Made by a program: the position numbers and the translations under genes. Shown here piece after piece: positions 1-9,671 of a stretch of DNA of 64,000 nucleotides. Within the stretch, counting starts at the first letter, position 1. Every line of letters starts with the position of its first letter. The notes below the pieces were generated by a model, which ran no database searches, was not told where the DNA came from, and saw nothing but the letters and a program-made list of their open reading frames with translations. This stretch comes from a virus, in IMG/VR virus record IMGVR_UViG_3300029513_000230, positions 1 through 64,000 of that record. The stretch is one strand, 5' to 3'.

Positions 1-3000
1 TTAATATTCTCCCACTGATACTATTTGTCCAATGTGGTTAATTCGGATCTTGACAACACTATTACCAAAAGAAAGTGTTTTATATTGTTTATAAGCAATA
101 TCTTTCAACTCTTTCATATCTTTCACTGTTGTTTCCAAATGATGTCTAAATTTATAATCTCGAACAACATTATTTCCATACATAACTTTTGACATAGTCT
201 GCACCCTAAATAAATTCGGACTAATCATTGCATAATTATCCGGATTCAACAAATCCACCTCCTTCGGATTGAAGCCTGTCTTTTCATTCGGGAACACGAA
301 ATATTCATTCTGCTTCATGCTAAACAAAAATTGCCAACCTTCACTTTTTCTGTAATCCTTATCAATAATAGGAAGTCCTAAATTAGCCCGTGTTACAGCC
401 TCAAAGAAGGGGACAACCACCTCGTCCAGTTCATACATCAGATTACCATCCTCATCAAACGTCACCTGTCCTTTCTTGTCTAAAACAGGTTTACGATAAA
501 TAGCCACATGATGGTTGTTTCCGGTATTTACAAAATCCACAGGGATTTGTTTTCCATTTTCATCCCATATCGGATTCCCATTCTTATCTTTCTTCACGTG
601 TATCGATTGGGCATTATTGATTCCTCGGATGCTAACCCGCTTGATACTTATCCCCTTTTCCTTATTCAGCCATATCGGATTTTCCCAAAAATTAACAAAT
701 GCCTTTTTGGGATCTCCACCGTATTCTTTCAAACGCCGTTCTAAAATAGCACGTACCTTTACATCAACTACTTTATCCACATTCAAAGCAGGATCGACCG
801 GTTTTCGGATAGTATAAATAGTTTCAAATTCAACTGTTTGTACCTTCTCCGGAACTCGTATGGTCTGATACTTATCAGCATAAAGCGGATTCTTTTCCAA
901 TGCATTTTTTCCTGTAAATGCTTTCTTTGGATCATTACCGAATGTTTCCAACCGTTTAAGTAAGGCATTTCGATAAGCCCGTTTACTCACAGTCGCTATT
1001 TTAGCCGCATCAAAAGAAGCATTCACCTTTTCTATTTTTGTCACATATTGTTTGTGACTACCATAAACCGTTTCCAAATGCAACTGACCTCGCGGAGTTT
1101 GCTGTATCTTCGTATTTTCACCCTTTCTCTTTTTTGTTCGATTAACATTGACAGTCACCACCTTGTTCTTAGCTTTAATAGATACCAGCAGTTTTTCCAA
1201 ATGCTGTTTGGCTTCTATCCGGAATTGCTCCAATGGAATAGGAGGCAAAGCTCTTCCTTTGTCAAAATAACGGGTCTTGATACCTATTATATTCGTATGG
1301 TTTCTATTGCCTGAATCTTGTGCCGCATTTTTATTATTGAAATACTGAATAAACGCATCCTTTGTAAAAGCTACCGTCAGCGCATCCATCGCATGATGCC
1401 GATGGTCATTCCTTTTTGTCCAATCCTTTATTCTTTTGATTTTTCTTCCGTCCTTATCTTCGTATGTTTCCACAAAACCCAAGGCTTCATATTTAGGCAG
1501 GTTCAGTTCTTTCATTACATCCACCAATTGCCAGTCTTCACGCAATTGATCTGTAATGGAACCGGTAGTTGCCACTACTCTACGGCAGATTTCGTTCAAC
1601 ATAGCGAGTGCTTTTTTCGCTATATATTGTGTATTTCTCAAATCCCTATCAATGAAACCATCCGGTATATCCTTCTGTTCCATTTTCAATTTCCGAAGTT
1701 TCGCCTTTTTGTCATTGAACAAGCTTTCGCAACGATTTATATATTGTTGCAAGCCTTCTTCTCCATATTTTTCTTTTACAAAATCATAAGCGGTCTTATT
1801 TCCCTTTTCTATATTAATAGCCTTATACTCCAATGTCTTGTTAGATAAAGAATCATCAAAAAGACGGGATTGTGGAATAATATGTTCTATATCTATCTCC
1901 TTACTGAAAATCTTTTCTTTAGGTATATATTGATTGGAATACAATGTTTTATATCCATTATCTTTCAACTCTTCATAAAGTTTGTAACGGATAATATCAT
2001 TGCGGCTCACGTTCATCATACCAAATTCATCTTGCAACAATTTACGGATCTCCTCATGCTCACGGGTACTCTTTGCGATAGCTTTCGTCAGTTCCTCACG
2101 TTCTTTGGCACTCTTCTTTAATTCACGAGCCAATTCCACTCGGATTTCATCAGGTTTTCCATACGTATCAATGATTGTATTGATTACATTCACCATCTGA
2201 CTCAAAATCTTTTCAACCACCGGATTTCGGAGACTGTTTTTAGGAAGAACCTCCAGCTTGCCCTTTAAAACCTTATTTTCTATCTCCTCCTTAGTCAGTG
2301 AAGATTTGGAATGACGATAACCGGCATATTCACAAGCCACATCATACAGATTACCCTCTTTCAAATAGGGTAAAATCCTTTTGATGGCTTTCGCGCTCAA
2401 ACTTCCGTAATCATCTTGAAACGAAAGACTGGCTAGCTCTACAGCATATTCTTTCTCAACTCCGCAAAGTTGCATGATCTTTTCAATCAGTTTGCCGTTA
2501 CCGGTCGACGTATTATCTCCTTCAAAAGAATACAACAGATGCCAAAGTCTGAAATAAGGTTGCATCTCGAGCTCTTTCCCCTCTTTGGTTAAGTCAATGG
2601 TAAACAGATTCGTATTCCAACCTAAATCGGTAAAGATAGTTCTTAGCTGTCCGATTATCTCATCTGCTGGTTTCTTAAAATCCAACGGTTCGTAGCCATA
2701 CTTTTCTATCATTTTGCTATAGGCAGAAAAGAGAGAAAACCCAGTACGATTTCCATCTATTTGTTTGAAGTTCAAATCCAATTCCTGTGGATTTTCAAAT
2801 AAGAGCTTCAACACATCTGCTTTCTTCATGTTTTCTTTTATCGCAAGTTCTCTTGCCAGTATTTCTTTTTCTTCTGGATACAAAGCCCTACTTTCGCTTG
2901 CCGACAAAGCATTTCTTTTCTTCTCTCTTCCCAATACCTTTATGTCATTCAATGTCTGCCATACCTTAAATTCCTGAAACAATGGATGCGAACGAGGTAT

Positions 3001-4275
3001 CACCTTGCATCCTATGACTTTGGTCTGTTTCTTTCCATCCTTTTCTACTACAATCTCCAACCTTTCAAACTCACAGAAACTAATCAAGCCTTTCTGACTT
3101 TTCAGACGTCGTTGGTAAAAGATGATCATATCGCGAATCTCTTTTTTCAATTCAGCTGTCAATTCCTTATGAAATTCTGCCTGCTTTTCCCAAATTCTAT
3201 CAAATTCATCCAAATAATCCTGCCGATAGAATACCATATTGCGCAAACTTGCATGGGGATTCTTGTCTAACTCAGCCATCTGATACTGTCCGACCGTTTG
3301 ATGATTAAAGTATAACACTTTGCTCCTATCACTAATGGCTCCCAAATAACCACTAGACGCATTTATCTGACCATTGATCTCTTGCAAGACTACGGCTATC
3401 TCTTCCAAACCTAATTGTTCAGTAAGAGCTTGCGCACGCCAACGATAATTTTCCTTTTTCAGTTCATACCCCTTAGTCGTCCGTTTAAGACCGACAAGTT
3501 TACATTCTTTTTCTATCGTTTCATTCTTTGCTTCTCTGTCATTCCAGCCAACCACTTCTTCTTTCCAAACAAAATAGTTAGCCAAGATAGCCCATGTCTG
3601 GCTTCTGTTTTTTCCTTTGATTTCTTCTTTGGCGGCATCACAGAAAACATCAGGATGAAATTGCTTTTGAACACTCCATATTCTATCCAACTCTTCTTGC
3701 AAATCAGAACGGTAAAAGTCTGGCAAAACTTTCTTGCCCGATTCAAGTAACTGCGAACAAAGTTGCCCCGGAGTCAAATCCTCCTCATACAGCTTTTTAG
3801 CAATCTCCATTCCATCAATCAAAACTCCATCTTCTTCCTTTTTTACCTTTCGACTACTTTTATATCCACGTTTTTTATTAATCATCAATAAGACACGGGA
3901 TAGTTCCTCTAAAGAAATCTCTTCTTCAGCAGCTTTAGCCCGTAAACGACAGGTTTCAAACGTAGTTCTGTTTCCTTGTTCCGAAAGGATAGTTTCGTCG
4001 GTAATAAAACCCAGCTCTTTCAAAAATTCAACCAACGCATCACGACGTAATTTATATCGCTGCAAATTACGGCGCATACTTCTTTTAAGAGTTCTTTCCG
4101 CATTTGTAGTGATACTTTTCCCTTTTTCAAAGTTCTGCGTTTCATCTACTGTCAAAGGATTTACTCTCACACCTAATCGGATGATTGACGAGACTTCCTC
4201 ATCTGTTTCAGCTTCGTTCACCAACGCCCACCCTATACTATTTGTCCCTAAATCCAAGCCTAAAATCCTTTTCAT
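1..4275 (-). CDS. cas9: Cas9 endonuclease, type II-C-like, complete (1424 aa)
   Basis: N-terminal RuvC-I motif ILGLDLGTNSIGWAL; HNH motif EIDIEHIIPQS...N; RuvC-III HHAMDALTVAF; length typical of Bacteroidetes Cas9. Stop codon sits at the window edge (1-3). Confidence 0.9.
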   Translation of the reverse strand: MKRILGLDLGTNSIGWALVNEAETDEEVSSIIRLGVRVNPLTVDETQNFEKGKSITTNAERTLKRSMRRNLQRYKLRRDALVEFLKELGFITDETILSEQGNRTTFETCRLRAKAAEEEISLEELSRVLLMINKKRGYKSSRKVKKEEDGVLIDGMEIAKKLYEEDLTPGQLCSQLLESGKKVLPDFYRSDLQEELDRIWSVQKQFHPDVFCDAAKEEIKGKNRSQTWAILANYFVWKEEVVGWNDREAKNETIEKECKLVGLKRTTKGYELKKENYRWRAQALTEQLGLEEIAVVLQEINGQINASSGYLGAISDRSKVLYFNHQTVGQYQMAELDKNPHASLRNMVFYRQDYLDEFDRIWEKQAEFHKELTAELKKEIRDMIIFYQRRLKSQKGLISFCEFERLEIVVEKDGKKQTKVIGCKVIPRSHPLFQEFKVWQTLNDIKVLGREKKRNALSASESRALYPEEKEILARELAIKENMKKADVLKLLFENPQELDLNFKQIDGNRTGFSLFSAYSKMIEKYGYEPLDFKKPADEIIGQLRTIFTDLGWNTNLFTIDLTKEGKELEMQPYFRLWHLLYSFEGDNTSTGNGKLIEKIMQLCGVEKEYAVELASLSFQDDYGSLSAKAIKRILPYLKEGNLYDVACEYAGYRHSKSSLTKEEIENKVLKGKLEVLPKNSLRNPVVEKILSQMVNVINTIIDTYGKPDEIRVELARELKKSAKEREELTKAIAKSTREHEEIRKLLQDEFGMMNVSRNDIIRYKLYEELKDNGYKTLYSNQYIPKEKIFSKEIDIEHIIPQSRLFDDSLSNKTLEYKAINIEKGNKTAYDFVKEKYGEEGLQQYINRCESLFNDKKAKLRKLKMEQKDIPDGFIDRDLRNTQYIAKKALAMLNEICRRVVATTGSITDQLREDWQLVDVMKELNLPKYEALGFVETYEDKDGRKIKRIKDWTKRNDHRHHAMDALTVAFTKDAFIQYFNNKNAAQDSGNRNHTNIIGIKTRYFDKGRALPPIPLEQFRIEAKQHLEKLLVSIKAKNKVVTVNVNRTKKRKGENTKIQQTPRGQLHLETVYGSHKQYVTKIEKVNASFDAAKIATVSKRAYRNALLKRLETFGNDPKKAFTGKNALEKNPLYADKYQTIRVPEKVQTVEFETIYTIRKPVDPALNVDKVVDVKVRAILERRLKEYGGDPKKAFVNFWENPIWLNKEKGISIKRVSIRGINNAQSIHVKKDKNGNPIWDENGKQIPVDFVNTGNNHHVAIYRKPVLDKKGQVTFDEDGNLMYELDEVVVPFFEAVTRANLGLPIIDKDYRKSEGWQFLFSMKQNEYFVFPNEKTGFNPKEVDLLNPDNYAMISPNLFRVQTMSKVMYGNNVVRDYKFRHHLETTVKDMKELKDIAYKQYKTLSFGNSVVKIRINHIGQIVSVGEY

Positions 4276-4335
4276 AGTATGTTATCTTTACATTTTCCCA
4301 AATATAAAAATTTTATTTCAGAAACACTTGCACGC

Positions 4336-4445
4336 AAGCATTCCATTTCATATATTTGTCATACTAAAATGAAGCAAATCACAATAAGGATTATTCCGTT
4401 GTGAAAACATTAGGTTCCCTCGCCCTTCTGCGGGGGATTTTTTTA
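4336..4445 (+). ncRNA. putative tracrRNA, divergent from cas9
   Basis: ~45-nt anti-repeat-like segment (4340-4384), then AAUAAGGAUUAUUCCGUU, which parallels the SpCas9 tracrRNA nexus AAUAAGGCUAGUCCGUU. Ends in a 7-bp GC hairpin CCCUCGC/GCGGGGG plus U7 (4419-4445). No overlapping ORF. Confidence 0.55.
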
Positions 4446-4777
4446 TGCTACGAAGTTCTAAAATCAGCCTAAATGCCAGCTTGGTAGAAACCCGTGGAAA
4501 GGACAGTATATCTTCTATGCCACTTGCAGTATATATTAAATGACAAAGTAAGTAGTACTTACTTTTACGGCATATTCCTCAATCCTGTCCATTCCTAAAA
4601 TCACTTGTCACTTTTGGGGTAGTTAAACAACTTTACTTGTCAATAAACTCATGATCCTCCTAGCTTACTTGTCACTCTCTGATAAAGCCTACCAAAAAGC
4701 CTGTCATCAAGAATGGACAATGGATATACCAGAGTGATCCATATTCTCGGCGTACAAATGTAAGGAATCAAAAAGAA

Positions 4778-5626
4778 TCAGGGTCTTTTTCGCCAAAGAT
4801 TTTTCCCCGGCAGTTTGCCTTTATACACCTCCATCGGGCACTCCATTCCGATGCTCATATGAGGTCTTCGGTTGTTATAAAAGTCAATCATACGATTGAT
4901 CTCATTGATCGCCTGTTCTTTATCCCTGTACATTTCCTGCTCGTATATCCATTCGACCTTGAAGATCCCGTTCTGTCTTTCCGCCATGGCGTTGTCTGTC
5001 GGCTCATATCCTTCTGTCATGCTTATCCGTATGTGATGCTCCATGAGGCAGCTGACGTAAGCCTCGCTGGCGTATTGTGACCCCCTGTCCGAGTGGTGTA
5101 TGGTACCGCAAAGGTTGCCGCCTCCGGCGATCCGGATCGCCATGCGCAAGGCCTCTGTCGTATGCGAGGCGCTGAGACTGTCGGATAGGCACCAGCCCAA
5201 TACGGCGTGCGAATAGGCGTCGGTGACAAGATGCAAGTACAACACGTCCCCCAATATCCACACGTACGTGATGTCCGACACCCATATATGGTTGGAATAC
5301 CGCGCGTCTTTTCCCTTGATAAGATTGGGGTACCTTTTATAGACATGATTGGAGTCTGTCGTACGCCTACGTTTGTTGGGATTGAGCTTAAAGCCTTTTG
5401 ATTCATAAACCTTTAAGAACGAGTCTCGCCCGAGGGTCACAGCATGTCCCAAATCCTTTTCCAGTAAATGGAACAGCTTGAAACCTCCGATACGGGGACA
5501 ACAAAGACGATAATAGCCTATCATGTCAGCAAGAAGCTTGACGCGTTGTCTCTCCGATACATCCGCCTTCATGTTCGCGTAATACCATTGGCGTTTCTTT
5601 CCAAACAGCCCGCAAAGGGTAGCCAC
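4778..5626 (-). CDS. IS3-family transposase OrfB (DDE integrase core)
   Basis: Integrase-core motifs WVSDITYV ... HSDRGSQYAS ... E typical of rve/DDE transposases. GTG start, presumably expressed as an OrfAB fusion. Confidence 0.85.
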   Translation of the reverse strand: MATLCGLFGKKRQWYYANMKADVSERQRVKLLADMIGYYRLCCPRIGGFKLFHLLEKDLGHAVTLGRDSFLKVYESKGFKLNPNKRRRTTDSNHVYKRYPNLIKGKDARYSNHIWVSDITYVWILGDVLYLHLVTDAYSHAVLGWCLSDSLSASHTTEALRMAIRIAGGGNLCGTIHHSDRGSQYASEAYVSCLMEHHIRISMTEGYEPTDNAMAERQNGIFKVEWIYEQEMYRDKEQAINEINRMIDFYNNRRPHMSIGMECPMEVYKGKLPGKNLWRKRP

Positions 5627-5658
5627 ACTCTCATGGGGATACTCCTCACGTAACGCCG

Positions 5659-6039
5659 TTACTGTTTGGCACCATCTTTTCTGAATATACTGATGCCTTC
5701 TTCCTCTTCCGCTATCTCTATCATCTTCTCGAAGGCACGGCTACGCATCTTCTCCAGCTCCAAAGAACGACGCAATTCCTCTATGCGCTTTTGAAGGGAC
5801 TCCATATCTGTCAAATCCGATTGCTTGGGAACCATCTGTAACCTCTCTTTTGTTTCTGATGGCAAAGGTAACTGGTCCGATCCCACTGGGTATTCTTTTA
5901 GCCATCTATATATGCAAGGAGGGCTCAAAGAATATTTCTTCGTTATCGCATACTTGCTCATTCCGCTACTGTAATACTCGCGTAACACGGATAATTTAAA
6001 GGGTTCCGTGAACACTCTTTTGGGCTTTCTTTTGATCAT
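5659..6039 (-). CDS. IS3-family transposase OrfA (HTH)
   Basis: 126 aa, HTH-like N-terminus and leucine-zipper-like C-terminus typical of IS3 OrfA; immediately upstream of orfB in the -1 frame. Confidence 0.8.
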   Translation of the reverse strand: MIKRKPKRVFTEPFKLSVLREYYSSGMSKYAITKKYSLSPPCIYRWLKEYPVGSDQLPLPSETKERLQMVPKQSDLTDMESLQKRIEELRRSLELEKMRSRAFEKMIEIAEEEEGISIFRKDGAKQ

Positions 6040-6195
6040 TTCTATACTTTTTAGCCCCTTAAAAGTGTCAAGCTATTTCAGGACAAGACACAGTCGGAAA
6101 AAGAAAGAACCTCTTGTCGATCCCTCCCCCCAAAAAAGTATCTTAAGTACATCGGCTCACGCACCTAAGATACTTTGCCAACGAAGTTATGACAC

Positions 6196-6224
6196 AAAAA
6201 AGGGAGACTCTTTTAGAATCTCCC
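6196..6224 (-). terminator. intrinsic terminator downstream of the tRNA remnant
   Basis: Hairpin GGGAGA-n11-TCTCCC (6202-6224) followed on the minus strand by a T6 run (6196-6201). Confidence 0.5.
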
Positions 6225-6227
6225 TCG

Positions 6228-6270
6228 TGATCGGGCTGGGATTCGAACCCAGGACCCACAGCTTAGAAGT
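6228..6270 (-). tRNA. partial tRNA (3' half from anticodon loop to acceptor end; loop CUUCUAA suggests Arg-TCT); putative prophage att core
   Basis: Minus strand reads ...cttctaa gctgt gggtc CTGGG TTCGAAT CCCAG CCCGATC A. Canonical T-arm and acceptor 3' strand, but the 5' half is replaced by unrelated sequence. Confidence 0.5.
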
Positions 6271-6382
6271 ATTTCTCCATTTTGTATCGTATCGATTTAT
6301 ACATCAAATATTTATTATCACGTTTTAACAGGGCAAGGATACGCTAAAGAACATCATATCATTTTTGCGTATGGCTTTCTCG

Positions 6383-7180
6383 TTAAAATCTCACGACTTT
6401 AGGCTTTTTCTGTAATACATAATATAAAGCCCTCACGCTATCTAGCGGTAAAGAGAAATCGGAAAACTCTGGAGATGGGTTTAGTGAGTGCAACGTTATC
6501 TTACCCTCGTCCATATCGCAGCCTGTCATCTGCTTTATGAGGACGGATGTCCCAAACACGACAACCCAATAAGGATGATCCTTATATCGCAGCCCATCTC
6601 TCCAATGCGATCTATCCAGCTCCCTAACAAGGACGACATCGCCTTCCTCAAAACTCTCTCTCGTCCCGTTGTCCATGCTGTCCCCTTTAACCTCAAAAGC
6701 TAAATATCTCCCATGGACAATCCGATCCCATTCGAAAGACTCGGTCTCCCAATCCTCCTTATCCGGATCAAGACGATCGCTTTCGTTAGCAAACCTGCCA
6801 TAAGCGCAAAACGGCACCTTGCTGACAGTCATACGATATCGACCATTTCCTAAGTCATAGAATTTAACGCCATTATTATTCTCAATTAAGAAATCTCCTT
6901 TTTTATCAGCAGACGCAGACACAGCTTCGACAACCACAGGAGAAGATTTTAGCATATCACCCTCTCCCGTAAAAAGCCATCCAGGGTTAACCGAGGGAAA
7001 GGTTGTCAGTATTTTATCCAATACCTTTTTACCATTATCCCTATTTATCCAATTTCCAACGACCTGCCTACTTACTCCTACCTTATCGGCAAAATCCGAA
7101 TTTGACTCACAAAAATGTGTGATAACTTTTAAAATCCTATCTCCGTTAGCTTCCATATTCATATATTTGTTTACACACAT
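6383..7180 (-). CDS. CI/LexA-like phage repressor (HTH_XRE + S24 peptidase)
   Basis: N-terminal HTH (ADKVGVSRQVVGNWIN); C-terminal S24 signature GDSM ... K (EVKGDSMDNG ... LIKQ). Confidence 0.8.
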   Translation of the reverse strand: MCVNKYMNMEANGDRILKVITHFCESNSDFADKVGVSRQVVGNWINRDNGKKVLDKILTTFPSVNPGWLFTGEGDMLKSSPVVVEAVSASADKKGDFLIENNNGVKFYDLGNGRYRMTVSKVPFCAYGRFANESDRLDPDKEDWETESFEWDRIVHGRYLAFEVKGDSMDNGTRESFEEGDVVLVRELDRSHWRDGLRYKDHPYWVVVFGTSVLIKQMTGCDMDEGKITLHSLNPSPEFSDFSLPLDSVRALYYVLQKKPKVVRF

Positions 7181-7405
7181 CCACTATAAATGATGTAGTA
7201 ATGATTATTCTGGCATGACTCAACAATATCCCGCAATCCTTCAACGACACAAGCTAAAGCCAATAAATTCAATAACAATATATTAATACCATATGACAAC
7301 ATAAATAATCATTACGTAATAAATATGGTATCAAGAGATAAAAACAGCATCTTTCGCTACATATATTTTAACAATACAAGCCTCATATAGTTAAACTATA
7401 CTTAT

Positions 7406-7490
7406 GTAAACATTATTGTTTAAAACAAACTTGCTATGTTCACATTTTTGTTTACCTTTGCAGTAAACAAAATAGATGAACATTGTTTAC
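7406..7490. promoter_or_regulatory. candidate repressor operators in the divergent early region
   Basis: GTAAACA-n4-TGTTTAA (7406-7423), TGTTTAC-n7-GTAAACA (7449-7469) and a third TGTTTAC half-site (7484-7490), between the repressor gene and the first + strand early genes. Confidence 0.4.
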
Positions 7491-7713
7491 TACAAAAATA
7501 ATAAAACAAATGAATAAAACAGCAATAAAGACAGTAAAAGTTAGAAGCTTAACATCAATACTGAGAGATCTCGGTATTGGAGACACAGTAAAAATCGATA
7601 ATAATATATTGAGTGTCAAGTCTATTGTATGTAGACTAAATAAAGAAGGATACACATTCGTGACTTCGACAAAAGGCTTAGAAAAAGGTATAAAGGTAAA
7701 ACGGGAAAAGTAA
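7483..7713 (+). CDS. hypothetical early protein (possibly starts at Met 7510)
   Basis: 76-aa basic ORF, first + strand gene after the operator region. Confidence 0.4.
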   Translation: MFTTKIIKQMNKTAIKTVKVRSLTSILRDLGIGDTVKIDNNILSVKSIVCRLNKEGYTFVTSTKGLEKGIKVKREK

Positions 7714-7916
7714 TGATAAACGAGGAAGCATTAAAAATAGTCCTTAACGATAAGACCTTTGGGCAAAGGACGGCAGCCTCCATAGTAGGAGGACGTGGAA
7801 GGCTCTACGATTTGGTAGGGAAGGGACTTATCAGATGCGAAAAACCAACAAAATCTCAGAACGGGAAATGGTTTTGTAACGCTTGGGATTGCATCAAATA
7901 CGCCACCTTAAAATAG
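7713..7916 (+). CDS. hypothetical protein
   Basis: 67-aa ORF; start overlaps the preceding stop. Confidence 0.35.
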   Translation: MINEEALKIVLNDKTFGQRTAASIVGGRGRLYDLVGKGLIRCEKPTKSQNGKWFCNAWDCIKYATLK

Positions 7917-7924
7917 GTGGATAA

Positions 7925-8010
7925 CGCCGGGTAGCACGTAGCAGGAAGCGTCCCTCTCTCCTAAAGAGGAGTAGAAATACCCCGTGGGTTCGAATCCCAC
8001 CCCGGTGACC
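7925..8010 (+). tRNA. tRNA-like element (T-arm GTGGG-TTCGAAT-CCCAC, 3' CCA; possible anticodon loop CUCCUAA, i.e. CCT) with non-canonical D region
   Basis: Acceptor pairing CGCCGGG/CCCGGTG; canonical T-loop; encoded CCA. The D-arm and variable region do not fold canonically by hand. Confidence 0.4.
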
Positions 8011-8311
8011 AAAAAAGAGTTCTTTGACTTATTGAGAAAAATCCTTATGGCTATCAAAAGGTATACGAGATATAAACGGGATAAGCGTAAGGTGAAAATA
8101 CAGGAATGGACGATAGTCCTTGCTCCCGATGTAGTTTAATCGGTTCCGGTATTGGATTTATACATATAATTAATAATGTATATATAATAAGTACGATCCC
8201 ATTCGGGTATCCTTGCGGTGGTTGGTAAAGAAGACCGTATCGTACTAAATAATACGACTTTTCCTACGAGTCGTATCTAAGATATAGCAGGAGGTTAATA
8301 CGCCCAAAAGT

Positions 8312-8485
8312 ATGACAGATTGGACAGACAATCATAAGATGACGACAGATCGGAAAGACGGTCAATCCGAGAACTACGGATTTACATTAGTGATTAATAC
8401 TCCCCCACCCGTCTATGATTCGAGTTCGAAACCGTTGGAGGTTGTGGGGGAGCGAACATTAAAATATAAAGAATATGGAAAATGA
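8312..8485 (+). CDS. small hypothetical protein (57 aa)
   Basis: ATG preceded by AGGAGG; below the ORF-track size cutoff. Confidence 0.3.
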   Translation: MTDWTDNHKMTTDRKDGQSENYGFTLVINTPPPVYDSSSKPLEVVGERTLKYKEYGK

Positions 8486-8684
8486 ATTACAAGGAAATAT
8501 CCTTGGCACAGGATTTACCGGCAATGGATTCGAGATCTCTCGAAATCCCAATGTAAGCAGCTTAGACGGTTTTTTCGTTAAAGAAAGATGCGATAGATTT
8601 TCAATGGCCTTTGCCTCATTATGTACAACGATCACTAGCGATAAAATCCATTTAATAAAAACGACAAAATTATTGAGAGTATGA
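8475..8684 (+). CDS. hypothetical protein
   Basis: ORF only. Confidence 0.3.
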   Translation: MENELQGNILGTGFTGNGFEISRNPNVSSLDGFFVKERCDRFSMAFASLCTTITSDKIHLIKTTKLLRV

Positions 8685-8986
8685 AAAAGATCCTTTCTAT
8701 CCTTAGGGGTAAAAAACAGACAGATCGACTGTCAGAGTTAAGGAGTCAAGAGATCATGAGAGCGCTTGACTCGGCGTTAAACAACGTAGAGGAGCAAAAG
8801 GTATTAGCCGACATCCGGTATCACGAGGAGATAAACAACCTAGGTGACGACGGGGTAGATTACAAGAGCAAGATCAATCAATTGATCGAGTATAAGGAGA
8901 CGATTATCAACGCGGAAAACACCATCCAAGCTATCAATGAGATCAAGAACGATCTCGAGAGCGAGGTTGAAGACATCAATCCATGA
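8681..8986 (+). CDS. hypothetical protein
   Basis: ORF with coiled-coil-like composition. Confidence 0.4.
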   Translation: MKKILSILRGKKQTDRLSELRSQEIMRALDSALNNVEEQKVLADIRYHEEINNLGDDGVDYKSKINQLIEYKETIINAENTIQAINEIKNDLESEVEDINP

Positions 8987-9341
8987 TACCATGAATGAGA
9001 TTTATTGGATCACAAGGTTAGATGCCATACAAACGTTGGCGATAATCGCAGTATTTATCTTGGGGATATTTACATTCTTGTATATTCTCTTCTGGATTAT
9101 GGAAGATGATGAAAAAGACAAGTCTAAGTTAAAAAAAATCATCTTAAAATTCGCAGCCTATATATCAATACCTGTTTTTTTACTAGTATTCATTCCGTCT
9201 AAAAGGGACATGTTGATGATTATCGGAATAGGCGGGACTATAGAATATCTCAAGTCTAATGATACCGCCAAGGAGTTGCCGGATAAGGTCATCATGGCTA
9301 TCGATAAGTTATTAGATGATACAATAGAGGAAGAAAAATGA
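8937..9341 (+). CDS. hypothetical membrane protein
   Basis: Two predicted TM helices (ILGIFTFLYILFWI, ISIPVFLLVFI). Confidence 0.4.
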   Translation: MRSRTISRARLKTSIHDTMNEIYWITRLDAIQTLAIIAVFILGIFTFLYILFWIMEDDEKDKSKLKKIILKFAAYISIPVFLLVFIPSKRDMLMIIGIGGTIEYLKSNDTAKELPDKVIMAIDKLLDDTIEEEK

Positions 9342-9610
9342 ATAAGACCGATTAACCAAGTTTTATAACAATGAAAGAAAGAAGAATCCCACCCTAGGAA
9401 ATGGCTAGGGCAGGTAGCTAACCATAATAAATTCATATTATTATTCAGGGTTACAGGGGGGTCGAGTTCCCCCCGGCTACCACATTAGCACTGTTTGAAA
9501 TGTTTATGTGTAATAAAGCTACCAAGACCTTACAATACCGCCGTGAGGCAGGCAATTAGGGAATATTAGTTTTTACTTAAACTGTGCCGGGGTGGGATTC
9601 CCCGGCAAAC

Positions 9611-9671
9611 GCTCCCTTAGCTCAGTTGGTCAGAGCCTTTGGGGTCGCCGGTTCAAGCCCGGCAGGGAGCA
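9611..9671 (+). tRNA. truncated tRNA-like element lacking an anticodon arm
   Basis: Perfect acceptor GCTCCCT/AGGGAGC, canonical D-arm GCTCAGTTGGTCAGAGC and T-arm GCCGG-TTCAAGC-CCGGC, but only 10 nt (CTTTGGGGTC) between D and T arms. 61 nt in total. Confidence 0.4.

Larger units (their letters stand above)
4755..6075 (-). mobile_element. IS3-family insertion sequence (orfA + orfB, -1 frameshift arrangement)
   Basis: orfA and orfB lie in 0/-1 frames; candidate slippery AGAAAAG at ~5672-5680. Imperfect terminal inverted repeats TAAGGAATCAAAAAGAAT (4761-4778) versus reverse complement of 6045-6067 (TAAGGGGCTAAAAAGTAT). Size ~1.3 kb. Confidence 0.7.

Noticed and set aside
508-4372. Multiple 60-210-aa + strand ORFs inside the cas9 region
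   Set aside because: All are antisense to a clearly coding 1424-aa gene and lack domains. Spurious.
4276-4770. CRISPR array between cas9 and the IS element
   Set aside because: No direct repeats are present. The only repeat-like sequence is a single anti-repeat, consistent with a tracrRNA rather than an array.
9412-9482. Possible tRNA (GGTAGCT...GGCTACC with GGGGGG-TCGAGTT-CCCCCC arm and an A/T-rich hairpin)
   Set aside because: The T-loop is non-canonical (GTCGAGT) and the middle is a simple AT hairpin. More likely a terminator-like structure after gene 8937-9341. Left for tRNAscan to decide.
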